DNA from: Chrysomallon squamiferum
Lineage: Eukaryota > Animalia > Mollusca
Assembly: GCA_012295275.1 (NCBI GenBank)
Contig: CM022675.1
Location: 11,718,001-11,782,000 of the forward strand
Reading direction: 5' to 3'
DNA length: 64,000 bases
The notes beneath the pieces were generated by a model that was given only the letters and a program-made list of their open reading frames with translations, did not search any database and was not told the DNA's origin. The position numbers and the translations under genes are program-made. Below are positions 35,522 to 59,234 of this stretch, piece by piece. How positions within the stretch are numbered: the first letter of the stretch is position 1; each line of letters starts with the position of its first letter.

Positions 35522-35593
<72 letters not shown>

Positions 35594-36300
35594 CTTTATT
35601 TCCACAAATATAAAATTAATATTGTAATTTCAAAACTGGTATTAATAGCAAACAGTTCTATGTTTCTTTCACCAGAAAACTATTTTATTAATGTGAAATC
35701 ACAAAATTTTTAATCACTTTTAATTTTTTTAAATTTTTATTTCTCAATATTAACAGTACATCTATTCACAGGAAGATCTGTTATTGTTATGAGGTCTATA
35801 GAAAAATTAGAAATTAACGATATAAAGCAACTCCTAATTATTATTAAAATATATTCAAAAAAAAAAAAAATGTGTAACTTTCGAATAGGATAATGTTATA
35901 TAATCTAAAACATTGATATAAAATCTCTATTCACCTGTCAGTTCAGAAAAATATTTAATTTATTTCTTCACTTAATTACAAAAATAATCTTAGAATGTAC
36001 GGTTTAATTTCATTTCTTCACATTATTAAAAAAATAATAATAATAAAAAATCTTCGAATATGCTGTTTTATACTGACCACATATTTAAAAAGGATTCAGT
36101 CAAATAAAATATCAAACTGTTATTTCCTACTGACAGTATAGAAAATTTTCCAAATCAAAATAACAAATTTTAATCACAGATAATTGGTAAGATTTATGTA
36201 GATCGTTGATTATTATTTTTGTTTTGATCGTTGATTATTAATTGTTTAGTTTGTTGTCACACAGCTATGACGTGGTGAAGTGAAGCGAGCACGGAGCAAC

Positions 36301-37832
<1,532 letters not shown>

Positions 37833-38181
37833 GTCTTAGAAGTTAATAAAAACAACTGTAATTATGGCGACGACACAAAATAAGGGAAATCCCTGGAACG
37901 TACCATTTGCTTGAAAAAGTGGGGCTAACTCAAATCTTCACAGTCACAGTTTTTTTTATGCAGATAAAAATATAAACGCGACAAAACGACAACGAGGCTA
38001 AAAGTAGTAATAAAATAAGTGGGAGGGGTATATGTGACCCCTGCTACCTCTGTTTGTTAAAAATAGGAGGTCGAGTTAGCCTGTGTCTACTTTTGATTAT
38101 TTACAATGGCTTCGCCTTGGTTTCGATTTCCGTGAGCTTTTATTTATTCAAGAATTAAAAAGGCACTTTTTATTATCATTG

Positions 38182-38225
<44 letters not shown>

Positions 38226-38385
38226 TTTATCATTATTATTTTATTTTTTTATTATTATTATTTTTTATTTTTTGGTGGGGGTCTGACTAAGTTATTTATT
38301 ATACTGTACATTACAGTGTGTTTTGGTCCTTCTGACTTTTGTAGCTTTTATTTATTTAAGTTGTAAACTTCTATGATATGTAAGT

Positions 38386-38423
<38 letters not shown>

Positions 38424-39073
38424 ATGCAGGTATGTTTCTGTAGATATATATGTTGTGCTTGTGCATGTTTGTATGTATTTAAAAAATACTTGCCGATTAA
38501 TTTTTATTTTTAATTTTTTATTTTTTTTCTGGAACTTAGTGCAAAAATATTTGAAGAGATCAATGCTTCCCATCATAATATTCACAAAAAATCTAAAAAA
38601 AATGTAACATATTTTAATACGTGTGGATCGAATTACATTCACCTTTTCTGAAGTGTGAGAAATATAAGTTACCTCCCTTGATTAGGCGCTCGTAATAAAT
38701 TATTTATAGGAAATAAAAATAACTAAAAAATAAAAAAAAAAAAAAAAAAAAAAAAATAAAGAAGGATATTAATAAGTAAATAAAAAAATACAAAATTTTT
38801 GAACTAAAAATAACTAAAATCTGTATTTCTGTGTTGTTATTTGGCATTTGTTTCAGGTTGTAGGTAATATTTAGTAGTGTTACTGTGCGTAGTTGATCAG
38901 CTTCCAAGGATTCAGTCTTTGTTGGAACAGAATACTTCGTTGACACATCGAGTGCTTTTTCTCTGACCCTCTGCTTTGTGAAACTGTGGACCTGAGGTAA
39001 GTGTATGAATGTAGCCATTTGTGAGTTGTTTGAAAACAACAACAACGACAACAACAACAACAACAACAATAAC

Positions 39074-39105
<32 letters not shown>

Positions 39106-39148
39106 GCAATTAATGTAATTAACAAGTAAAGGTGTAGCAGTAATAGTT

Positions 39149-39180
<32 letters not shown>

Positions 39181-39696
39181 TGTAGTAGTCGTAAAAGTAG
39201 ATTAAGCATTAATAATCGTAGCAGTAGTATTAATAGCAGTGGTAATAATACTAGTGGTTGAAATACTAGCAACAGCAGTAGTGATTATATAGTAGTAGGT
39301 TTGAAGTAGTAATAATAATATATTAGTACTATTATTCTTAGTAAGTAGTAGCGGTTATGTTGTAGAAGTACTTGTAATTGTAGTAACTACATCTCTTATA
39401 CTAGGAGTAGAAGAAGTTGTAGTAGTAGTAGTAATATTATAAGTAATAGTAATAGTAGTAGTAATAATAATAAATATAGTAGTAGTCCTAGTAGTAGTAA
39501 TAGTGATATTAACACTGGTAGTGATAATGGTAGTAATAGTGATAGTTGTAGTAGTACTTGCTGTAATAGTAATAGCTACAGTTCTGATAGTAGTAGTAAT
39601 AGTAGCTGTAAAAGTATTAATGGTAATAGTAACAGTAGTTACAAAAATAATAATAATAATAACAATAATAATAATAATATGATGATGATGATGATG

Positions 39697-39728
<32 letters not shown>

Positions 39729-40008
39729 ATAAGGATGATGACGATGATGACGATAACAGTGGTAATGATAGTGATAACAACAACAACAACAACAACAACG
39801 ACATTAACAACAATTATTACAATCTACGTTACGTCAAAAACACGTGTTTGACAGTTCAAGGTGCCAACATTGTCAGCAGCCACATTGCTACAAGGACGTT
39901 AAATAAAACCTGATATCGAACACTGGCATACAGCAACAGCGTTATACCACAAACAACTGAACATATACAGTCAATATTTGTCTAATGATACTTCTTACAT
40001 TCATAGAG

Positions 40009-40039
<31 letters not shown>

Positions 40040-40574
40040 TAGAGATATATAGAGAAAGATAGATAGACATTTAGATAGAGAGAGAGTGATAGAGATAGAG
40101 ATAGATAGATAGATAGAGATAGAGAGAGATAGATAGACATTTAGATAGAGAGAGTGATAGAGATCGAGATAGATAGAGATAGAGAGAGATAGATAGACAG
40201 ATAGATAGATAGATAGATAGAGATAGCGAGAGATAGAGAGACAGATATATAGACAGATAGAGTGATAGAGATAGAGATAGATAGATAGATAGATAGATAG
40301 AGAGATAGAGAGATAGAGAGAGAGTGATAGAGATAGATAGATAGATAGATAGAGAGAGAGTGATAGAGATAGAAATAGATAGACATTTAGATAGAGAGAG
40401 TGATAGAGATAGAGATAGATAGATAGATAGATAGAGACAGAGAGAGATAGATAGACAGATAGATAGAGATAGCGAGACAGATAGACAGATAGAGTGATAG
40501 AGATAGAGATAGATAGATAGAGATAGAGAGTGATAGATATAGAGATAGACAGACAGAGAGAGAGTTATAGAGAT

Positions 40575-40658
<84 letters not shown>

Positions 40659-40927
40659 ATATCCATATTGCTCTATAACAGTGACAGTATAAATGTGAAA
40701 TGAATAATAATAATATAAAAAAATGTATCTATTACCTGCAGTATAATTAACTCTCTCTCTCTAGTTGTAAAAGTAGATTAAGTATTAATAATCGTAGCAG
40801 TAGTATTAATAGCAGTAGTAGTAATACTTGTAGTTGAAATACTAGCAACAGCAGTAGTGATTATATATTAGAAGATTTGAAGTACTAGTAATAATAGTAG
40901 TGGTATAGATATATGTATGTGTGTGTG

Positions 40928-40977
<50 letters not shown>

Positions 40978-41444
40978 TGTATATATTTTGTAATTGTATA
41001 TGTATACATCACTGTATTTGTCTGTTTCTCTGTCTATCTGTATGTCTGTCAGACTGAATCCCATTGTATTTATCCCTCTGTATCTCTCTTCTATTTCTTC
41101 ATCACTTTCTCTAAGGCTGTTGTGCAGAATTTGGGATTGATTTTAAAGGTTGACACTTGGCAGTTTTTGGCATATATTGAATCGCGTGTCAGAATAGGTT
41201 TGTTCTCGATTCAGTAGGCGCACAAAATGTTCTTCATATTTTAGGTAAGTGTTTCTATCACTGAAAGACGTAGCTAACAAGACTATCGAAACTTGCAAGT
41301 AATTTTTGCGATTATCGTTATTTATTTATTTATTTATTTATTATTTATTGTTTGTTTGTTTTATTATCATCGTGTTCCTCTTCTTCTTCTACTTCTTTTT
41401 CTCTTATTACTATTATTATTATTATTATTATCACTATCATTACT

Positions 41445-41490
<46 letters not shown>

Positions 41491-41888
41491 CTATTATTAT
41501 TATTATTGCTATTGTTACATTATCATTACTATTATTATTATTATTGTTGTTGTTGTCGTTATCAATACTATCATTACTATTATTGTTGTTGTTGTTGTTT
41601 TTGTTATTATTATTATTCATATTTTGTTTTCTCTATAATTAAATATTTTGCTGAAGTCTTAATACTTGTTTGAAGTTGACTCTCGTTCGTATTTTTGTGT
41701 GTAACTTTCTATATCTAATTTGATATATATATATAGATGGATGGATAGATAGATAGATATATAGCTAGATGGATGGATGGATGGATAGATAGATAGAAAG
41801 ATACATAGATAAATTATTAATAACGATTACAATATTTGTATTATACATCTAGTTTTTTTTTTTTTTTTTTCAGCTTCCTAATCGCAAA

Positions 41889-50927
<9,039 letters not shown>

Positions 50928-51352
50928 AAATAACCAGAGCCTCGGTGAAGAGAAGGAGAGAGAGAGAGAGAGAGAGAGAGAAAAAAGAAAAAAAAAAAAA
51001 ATAAAAAATATATTAAAATAAAGTATCAGTACAGATTCATTAATTAGTTTCGTATTAAATTTTGAAATCGAGGGAGGGAGAGAGAGAGAGAGATTAAAAT
51101 AAGAGAAAGCGAAATATTTTTATTAAACCCGTCGGACAGTACTCCGTGGAATGGGAAAAAACGTAAAGGATTGAAGAAATTTTTTTTTTTTTTTTTTTTT
51201 TTTAAATCCTGTTCCAGTATATCGCATGTATTAATGATATTAATCATTTGCTAATAGTAAAGTAAAACAGATATGTATTCATTTTTACTTTATACTTTTA
51301 TTTATTCATTTATTTATTCATTTATTTATTTATTTATTTATTATTGTTATTA

Positions 51353-51419
<67 letters not shown>

Positions 51420-51558
51420 CGACTTCAGAAGGATGCATTTGACCAGGTTTCTTTAGTCTCGTTTTCTCTACACAACATGAAAGTGTCACTAGGAAAATTA
51501 AGAGAATCATCGAACCTAATATCGTACGAATAGCTCTCTGCTGATATATGTGTGTGCG

Positions 51559-51624
<66 letters not shown>

Positions 51625-52775
51625 CATGTGGCAGCAGAGGACTCATGTACAGACACATCCCAGTGACTTTTAATAGGCTACTGGTACCTTTGGGGTTGCG
51701 AACGCTCCAATCCTGGTTTACTAGGCATGCTCTGTTTTAAAACTGATTTTACAATACACTGTTGCTGTGACAGTATTGCGGTAAGAATCCAGTGTCATTC
51801 AATAGAAGAACGGACTCCTATATTTTCTTTTTTTCAAAAAATGTTATTTTATAACAGCCTCTGTTAGAAATTAGAAATTTATAATACTTAGAAATGCAAT
51901 CTACACATCTTTATGAGTAGATACAACAAATAGATTAATGCTGAAGATTATCTATAGCAGTGCACAAACGAATTATTTTAAACCTTCTTGGTTATTATTT
52001 AAAGTGTTAACAATATGGTGAGAATCGAAGTATGACAATAAAATAATGGGGTTCAAAACTATTCGAACGCCGGCAGTTTACACAGTTATAAAATACGGAG
52101 TTGTGACTTCACTGAGTATGGGAGAGACTGGTATGTTGTTCTTTTCACAACATTAAATAGAAATTTAATAATCGGGGCACATCTGAACTCCCAATTTGAA
52201 GTGGTCTGTTTATAAATAAAATAGAAAAAATAAAAAAAATAATAATAAAAAAAACAGAAAAAAATAAAAATAAAAATAAATAAAAAATCAAACAAAATAA
52301 AAATAAAAATAAAATAAAATATAAATAATAATAACGTAAAGGTAGAAGTAATAAGTATTAGAAACAAAAATATTTAATTACATTAATAACAATAAAAACA
52401 AGAAAGAATAATAAATACAGAACTATATATATATATATATATTTCTCAAGCATTTATTTTATTCGAAAGAAAATAGTAGGTGTATCTAGATTATTGCTGT
52501 AGAGTACAATGGATTTCTTTTCTTGTTAGCAAATAAACAGAATCGTAATTTTATTTTGTTATTATTTTTTTTTGTCTCTTTAAAGACATTTTCCATTAAT
52601 GCAGGTTAATCATTATTCTGTCAGTTTTACGTTACAGTTAAAAGAACGAGCTATAATGTTTGATTTTTAAAAAAATCATCGTCTTTTCAAGTCATAATTC
52701 TAATTCTGATTAGTATTGTAAGTCTATTCCTATTTGTCCACTACATGTGAAATTAACTGAAATCGTGTTGTCCTT

Positions 52776-53219
52776 TTATGAAGGATCCGCACTGAAAAAA
52801 GTAGCCAACATCGATATGTAACCTTTCGTGATTCTTGTTAAGTAACGGTAGAGAATTCTTGGAGACCACACAAAATTTGGACTAAAAGAAGCACCTCCTT
52901 CCCGTAGAGCTTTGTATACGACCCAACAGCAGTTGGTACCAATCAAGAAATAGCTTCCTTCCATCTTCCAACGATTCCACCATTCTACAATCTTCGCAAG
53001 GTTGTACTCTGCATCACTGAGATAGATGATCTTGTCAGGTTTTCTCCCTTCAGCTTCTATGTCTTCTTCAAGAATTTCAGGGGTCGATCCGTGAATGGTT
53101 AATGGTTTACTTTTCTTTTTCCCGTCGTCCGGCCACCAGCTTATGTACACGTCTTCGGTGACTTCCAGTGATGCATGACCAACTGAAAGTCCTTTAGAAA
53201 ACCAGATGTAAACCTTCAT
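52776..53219 (-). CDS. Permuted papain-like (RID/IcsB-like) family, copy C1, minimal Cys-type, 147 aa
   Basis: Intact ORF after acceptor tttcag|acaagtaaagt. Motifs GHASL, YISWWP, YFLIGTNCC, ALREGG and a hydrophobic tail. Confidence 0.87.
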   Translation of the reverse strand: MKVYIWFSKGLSVGHASLEVTEDVYISWWPDDGKKKSKPLTIHGSTPEILEEDIEAEGRKPDKIIYLSDAEYNLAKIVEWWNRWKMEGSYFLIGTNCCWVVYKALREGGASFSPNFVWSPRILYRYLTRITKGYISMLATFFSADPS

Positions 53220-53330
53220 ACTTTACTTGTCTGAAAGAGAAACATTCTCGTCAAAATTCTGAAATGATGTGTAGATAAATATAATCACTGTTATCTGGAT
53301 TTCTTGCTACGTACACTGAAAGCTAGTCCT

Positions 53331-53640
53331 CTACTCTTCCCTTAGAGCTCTGAACACTTGATATCTACTCTTCCCTTAGAGCTCTGAACACTTGATATCT
53401 ACTCTTCCCTTAGAGCTCTGAACACTTGATATCTACTCTTCCCTTAGAGCTCTGAACACTTCATGTCTACTCTTCCCTTAGAGCTCTGAACACTTCATGT
53501 CTACTCTTCCCTTAGAGCTCTGAACACTTCATGTCTACTCTTCCCTTAGAGCTCTGAACATTTGATATCTACTCTTCCCTTAGAGCTCTGAACACTTCAT
53601 GTCTACTCTTCCATTAGAGCTCTGAACACTTCATGTCTAC
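53331..53640. repeat. 34-bp minisatellite, about 9 units (CTACTCTTCCCTTAGAGCTCTGAACACTTGATAT)
   Basis: Head-to-tail repeats with two unit variants (ttgatat/ttcatgt), about 110 bp upstream of the C1 ATG. Confidence 0.95.
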
Positions 53641-54094
53641 CCTTACTTTGAGAGCTTTGACGTCCGTCTATCTTTCGTGACATTAAAGCTTTAACACTTG
53701 CTATCTACACCGCCAACTGTGCTTTCTATCTATCGTAACTTGTTCAGCTTTGTGTCTGTGAAAGATTTTTTTTCGCTCAGTAATCGTCAGAAAACACTTA
53801 TTTTATTAGAAAAGAAAAAAGTATCCATTTGCCTTATTACTGTGTTGGTTAAACTCACATTGTAAATAATTTCAAAGCATCCCTCTTAGTTACTGGAAAC
53901 AGACTACAAAGAGGGTGAAAGCTGAATTTCTTTCTATACTAATGTAGTAAAATATTTAAACTTTATTAACATTTTAATTAAAGATTATCGTAATTAATAT
54001 AATTTGTATAAAAAAAGAACTGATTGCTACCTGGTACCTTTGCATAGTGTGCAATAGTCGGAAACTACATTGAAATAGATTATGTGGACTATTT

Positions 54095-54163
<69 letters not shown>

Positions 54164-55521
54164 TTGTGTATTTAAATAGTCCACATAATCTATATACACT
54201 CACTTAATCACACACATACACACATATAAAGAAAAGTAAAACAAAGATGATGACAACGAAAATTAAATTATCATTATATCCTTTTTTTAATGGAAATAGA
54301 ACAAATTCGGACACTGAATTCATCTTTGATACTGAAACCTAAACGACGAGGAAACATTTGCGAATTTCGTCAAGGGTTTGCTTCTAATGAGCAGTAATAA
54401 TTTGATTTAAGTTTGTTGACAAAGAGTTTGATGAAAGTTTGTTGACAAAGAGTTTGATGAAAGTTTGTTGACAAATATGTTATAGATATATATTCGCTTT
54501 TACGTGATACTTACATTTTCTGTGTCGTTTGTTTTCCCAGAAGAAGTTTTCGAAACTTTAGTAAGTTCTATTTAAAGAGATTTGTTTCACTTTCTATTTC
54601 CTTAATTTTCATTCGATGAATCATAACATGATGACGAATGCAGAAAATATTTAATAATTTTTTTAAATTTAATTAAATTGAATTTTTAAAAAAAAGTAAA
54701 TAAATGATTAAAGTTGACAGTAATTTTCAATAATTTAATATGTCTCTAATAGTAAAGGTTTACAGGGAAGCAGTGTGAAATTTAGTAGATAATAAACAAA
54801 TGAATAAATGAATCTAGAAACCCCTGATAGCGAGATGTGTCACGTGACCTTATCGTTGTTTTATTGTTGATAGTTGAAGTGCCTGATGTGAAAAACTCGT
54901 ATGTGACTGACTGGTATGTTGTTCTTTTCACAACTTTAAACAGAAATTTCCAAATCGGTGCAAATCTGAACTCCCAATTTGAAGTGATCTGTGTATTAAT
55001 AAATCAAAAACATAAATATAATAAATAACAACAGAATAAAAAAAAAAAAAAAAAAAAAAAAAATAAAAAATTATAAATAATAAAAAAAAAGGATAAATAA
55101 TAATAAATAAATAAATAAATAAATAAATAAAATATAAATAATAATAACATAAAGATAAAAGATCCATAGAAAAAAATATTTAATTACGTTAACAACAATA
55201 AAAACAAAAGGGAATAATAAATACAGAACTATATATATATATATATAGCATTTATTTTATTCGAAAGAAAATAGCAGGTGTATCTAGATTATTGCTGTAG
55301 AGTACAATGGATTTCTTTTCTTGTTAGCAAATAAGCAGAATCGTAATTTTATTTTGTTATTTTTTTTTTTTTTTTTTTTGGTTTCTTTAAAGACATTTTC
55401 CATTAATGCAGGTTAATCAACACGGATTTTCAAGTTATAATTCTAATTCTGATTAGTATTGTCATTTTATTCCTATTTGTCCATTACATGTGAAATTAAC
55501 TGAAATCGTGTTGTCCTTTTA

Positions 55522-55943
55522 TTAAGGATCCGCATTGAAATAAGAGGCCAACATTGGTACGTAACCTTCCGTGATTCTTATTAAGTAACGGTAGAGAGCG
55601 AATGGATACCATGGGAACATTTGAAAAGCAAAAGGAGCACCTCCTTCCCGTAGGGCTTTGTATACGACCCAACAGCAGTTGGTATCAAAAAGGGAATAAC
55701 TTCCTTCCATCTTCCAACGATTCCACCATTTTACAATCTTCTGAGATAGATGATCTTGTCCTGTTCTCTCCCTTCAGCTGCTATGTCTTCTTCAAGACTT
55801 TCAGGGGTCGGTCCGTGAATGGTTAATGGTTTACTTTTCATTTTCCCGTCGTCCGGCCACCAGCTTATGTACACGTCTTCGGTGACTTACAGTGATGCAT
55901 GACCAACTGATCCTCCTCGAGGAAACCAGATGTAAGCCTTCAT
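55522..55943 (-). pseudogene. Family copy C2, Cys-type pseudogene
   Basis: MKAYIWFPRGGSVGHASL is followed by TAA (55887-55889; GAA in C1), and there is a 22-nt frameshifting deletion near 55741 relative to C1. YSLFDTNCC is still readable, and the flanks duplicate those of C1. Confidence 0.88.
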
Positions 55944-58063
55944 ATTTTACTTGTCTGAAACAGAAACATTCTCGTCAAAATTCCGTAGTGATGTGCAGAT
56001 AAATACATACACTGTTATCTGGTTTTCTTGCTACGTACACTGAATGGTGAGGTTTGGACGCTTGATATATCTATCCTAACTTTGAGAAACTTGCTTTCTG
56101 GCTGCTTATCCCAATTTTTAGAGTTTTGTACGTTTTCTATCATCAGTGGCATTTGAAATATGGATTTATTGGCAAATAAGAATATATTCATCTTTTATAT
56201 GATCCTTACATTTTCTGTATCGATTTTCGTCAACTTTTTTCTAATTTGATGTATGTTTGTTGATTTTTTGATACTTTAGTAAGCTGTGCTTTTTAAAGAA
56301 GACACTTTTTTTTTTGATTTGTTTCATTATCTATTTATTTAAATATTATAAGGGAAAAGATCGTAAGATTTTTATTCGAAAACTAATAAGAAACGATGAA
56401 CATCGAACTGGTACGGACATTTCCGAGTCTTTATATTGTTTTGTCACCTGGAGCGGTATAAAAAACCTAAATCTGATTGTTTATTTCCTTTTCTTTCCTA
56501 TTTTTTTTTTTTTCTCTCCATACTCAGTTTAAACATATTAGTGTTTACAATATACAACTACTACTACTACTACTAAATAAATAAAAAATAATAAAAAAAA
56601 GATAAGAGTTCATGCGTGCGTATGTATGTTTTATCTCCTGGAGCGGTATAAAAGAATAAATCTGATATTTTATTTTTGTTTATTTGTTTTATTTTATTTT
56701 TTTTTTTTTTCCCCATACTCAGTTTATACATTTTGTGTTATTTTAAAATTATAATAATAATAAAAAAGAGTAAGAGAGAGTTAAAATCCGTTTATTATTC
56801 AAGTTGTTACATCATCTTATCGAAGAAGAAGAAAAACCTTTGCTATGGCTTTTACACCACGAAACTGGTTTTGTCAATTTTGTACCGCAGATCCACTAAC
56901 CGACGAACAGTGGATTGTACGAGAAAGTCTGTTCGGGGAAATAATGCAGTATGAAAAATGAACCATCAGCAGGTTAACTTTATTCGTAAAAACTTTAAGG
57001 CAAATATTTATTTAACTTTGATTTGATGTTCGATAGAATAAGGCTGAAAGAGCCATATTAATTTTGCACTTTCGTCAACTGAGCAAAACAATTCTTAAAC
57101 GAAATCCTGTGTTTTGTCACGTAGACATCGGCCGGCGCAGTGACGGTGTTAAGCGACTTAAGGAATTACAGTTTAACAACAAATTAATAAACCTCATTTC
57201 ATTAATAATATTCTTTTTAAAATTATACATCAAATTAACATTGAATAAGCAGTAATTATACAGTTTATTGATATACATTTTTTCTTTTTAATTTTTAAAG
57301 ATCTGTATTTAATATTATTGTATATACAATATATATATATATAAAACAAATATAGAAAAAAATAATAATTAAAAAAATAATATAAAGATATCGCATTTCA
57401 GATTTCTGTTTTGTATTTTAATAACAACAGAAATGATACCGCAGTCTAATGCTAAATACAAAAACATAAAAGAGGAGATAATCAGGGTGACTTCCACCAT
57501 TTTGTCTTAATAATATTGTATTGTCGTTTGTATGTATTTTTATTTATTTAATTTAATTTAAGTTAATTTAATTTTAGAACACAATAAGAAAGATTATAAT
57601 AATACAGTGTAAATGAAAAGCAGTTATGCTAAATTACAAATACTTCAGAAACATATTTCATGTTTGGTATGTGGTGTGTGTGTGTGTGTGTTGTCATTTT
57701 TATTTAATTTAATCTCTGAAATTAACAAAAATATGAACTTTTATCAGCTTCTGTTTTTAACTGTAAATTTCTATATGGTATGATGCTATTTAATTTTATG
57801 AACTGGAGATGGTAAACTACATTAATTAAAGTTCTGAAAGGTGCAGAAATTTCTAAACCAAATACTTCCAAACTAGGAAATAAATATAATATGTTACAGC
57901 ATAAGGAACTTGTAAATAAACAAAACAAAATTCCAAAAAAAATCGTTTATTTTTGGTTGTTGTTTTTTTTTCAAATATTCAAAATATTGTTAACTATTGC
58001 TTTCCCACTAATGTTATCTCATAAAATGCACATTTATTTTTTTCAGATGTTCTGAGTAAGAAA

Positions 58064-59187
58064 ATGGCAGAAACAGAAGCACCCTCTAGTGGTAGACAAC
58101 TTAGGCGGCGACAGTGGTGGCAAAATAAACATAATATACTTTCAGAGAGAAAAATAGAGGAGAAGACAGACAAAAATGGTTAGTTTTTCTACATTAGGGT
58201 ACCGAATCAATTATCCATGATCCTGAAATCCGGAAGTTTTTTCCCGACACTATTTTCATAGTTCGCGCACGCATGTGTTGTCCTCACCAGACCAGAACTA
58301 CTCTTTCAGGCCTCGTGGCTTTCATTCACTCGCCGCATTGTTTACGTGTCGAGTCGCCACAGTTGTGTATCGTCAATTTTCTTTATGTTTTTAATTTTAA
58401 AATGTTTTGCCTAAGGAGTCTGGATAATTGGTCTGGTACCCATATTAACATAAAATTAAGAAATTTTACATCTGTCTGTCTGTCTATCTGTATGTAAAAT
58501 ATCCTCATCTATTTGGTATTCCACATCTGGCTTATGCTGTCATTTAGATTAGAATATGTATGTAAAATATTAATTACTGCTGATTAATTGTGAAACAGCA
58601 ACAATGAGTTTGCTGATGTTGTTGCAGTTATCATACAAGAGCTCTCTGTTTATTTCATCATTGTTAACACTGAAATATTCTGAGGTACCATCATATTGTC
58701 ATTTATTTATTTATTTATTTGTTCAGTTTCTGAATAGGGTAAACACTTTCACAGTAGACTTTCAGCTTCTGAAATGTTTGCTTATAATTAGTAATGTAAA
58801 TGTTTTATTATTTGTATATGTATGAGTGAGTTAATGAATGAATGGGTGTGTGTGTATTTGTGTGATAGTGAGTGAGTTTGTGAGTAATGAGTGTGAGTGT
58901 TTTTCTGTGGTTTGGGTGTAATTGTTGTTTGTGTGTGTGCGTGTTTGTGTGTGTTTGTTATTTGAGTGTGAGTGTGTTGGTGGATGTGGCAGTCATTATT
59001 ATCTATAATAATTGAAATAGCAAACTTTATTATTACAGTTGTCGTTGTAGTAGTCATTGTTGTGGTAGTGGTGCTGGTGGCATGCTAAAATAACTGAAAA
59101 TCTAAACAACGTATTTAGGTCCTTTCATACCAGCAAATTCATTTCAGTTTCACAATTTAATATATTATCTACTTTATTTAATTTAAT

Positions 59188-59234
<47 letters not shown>

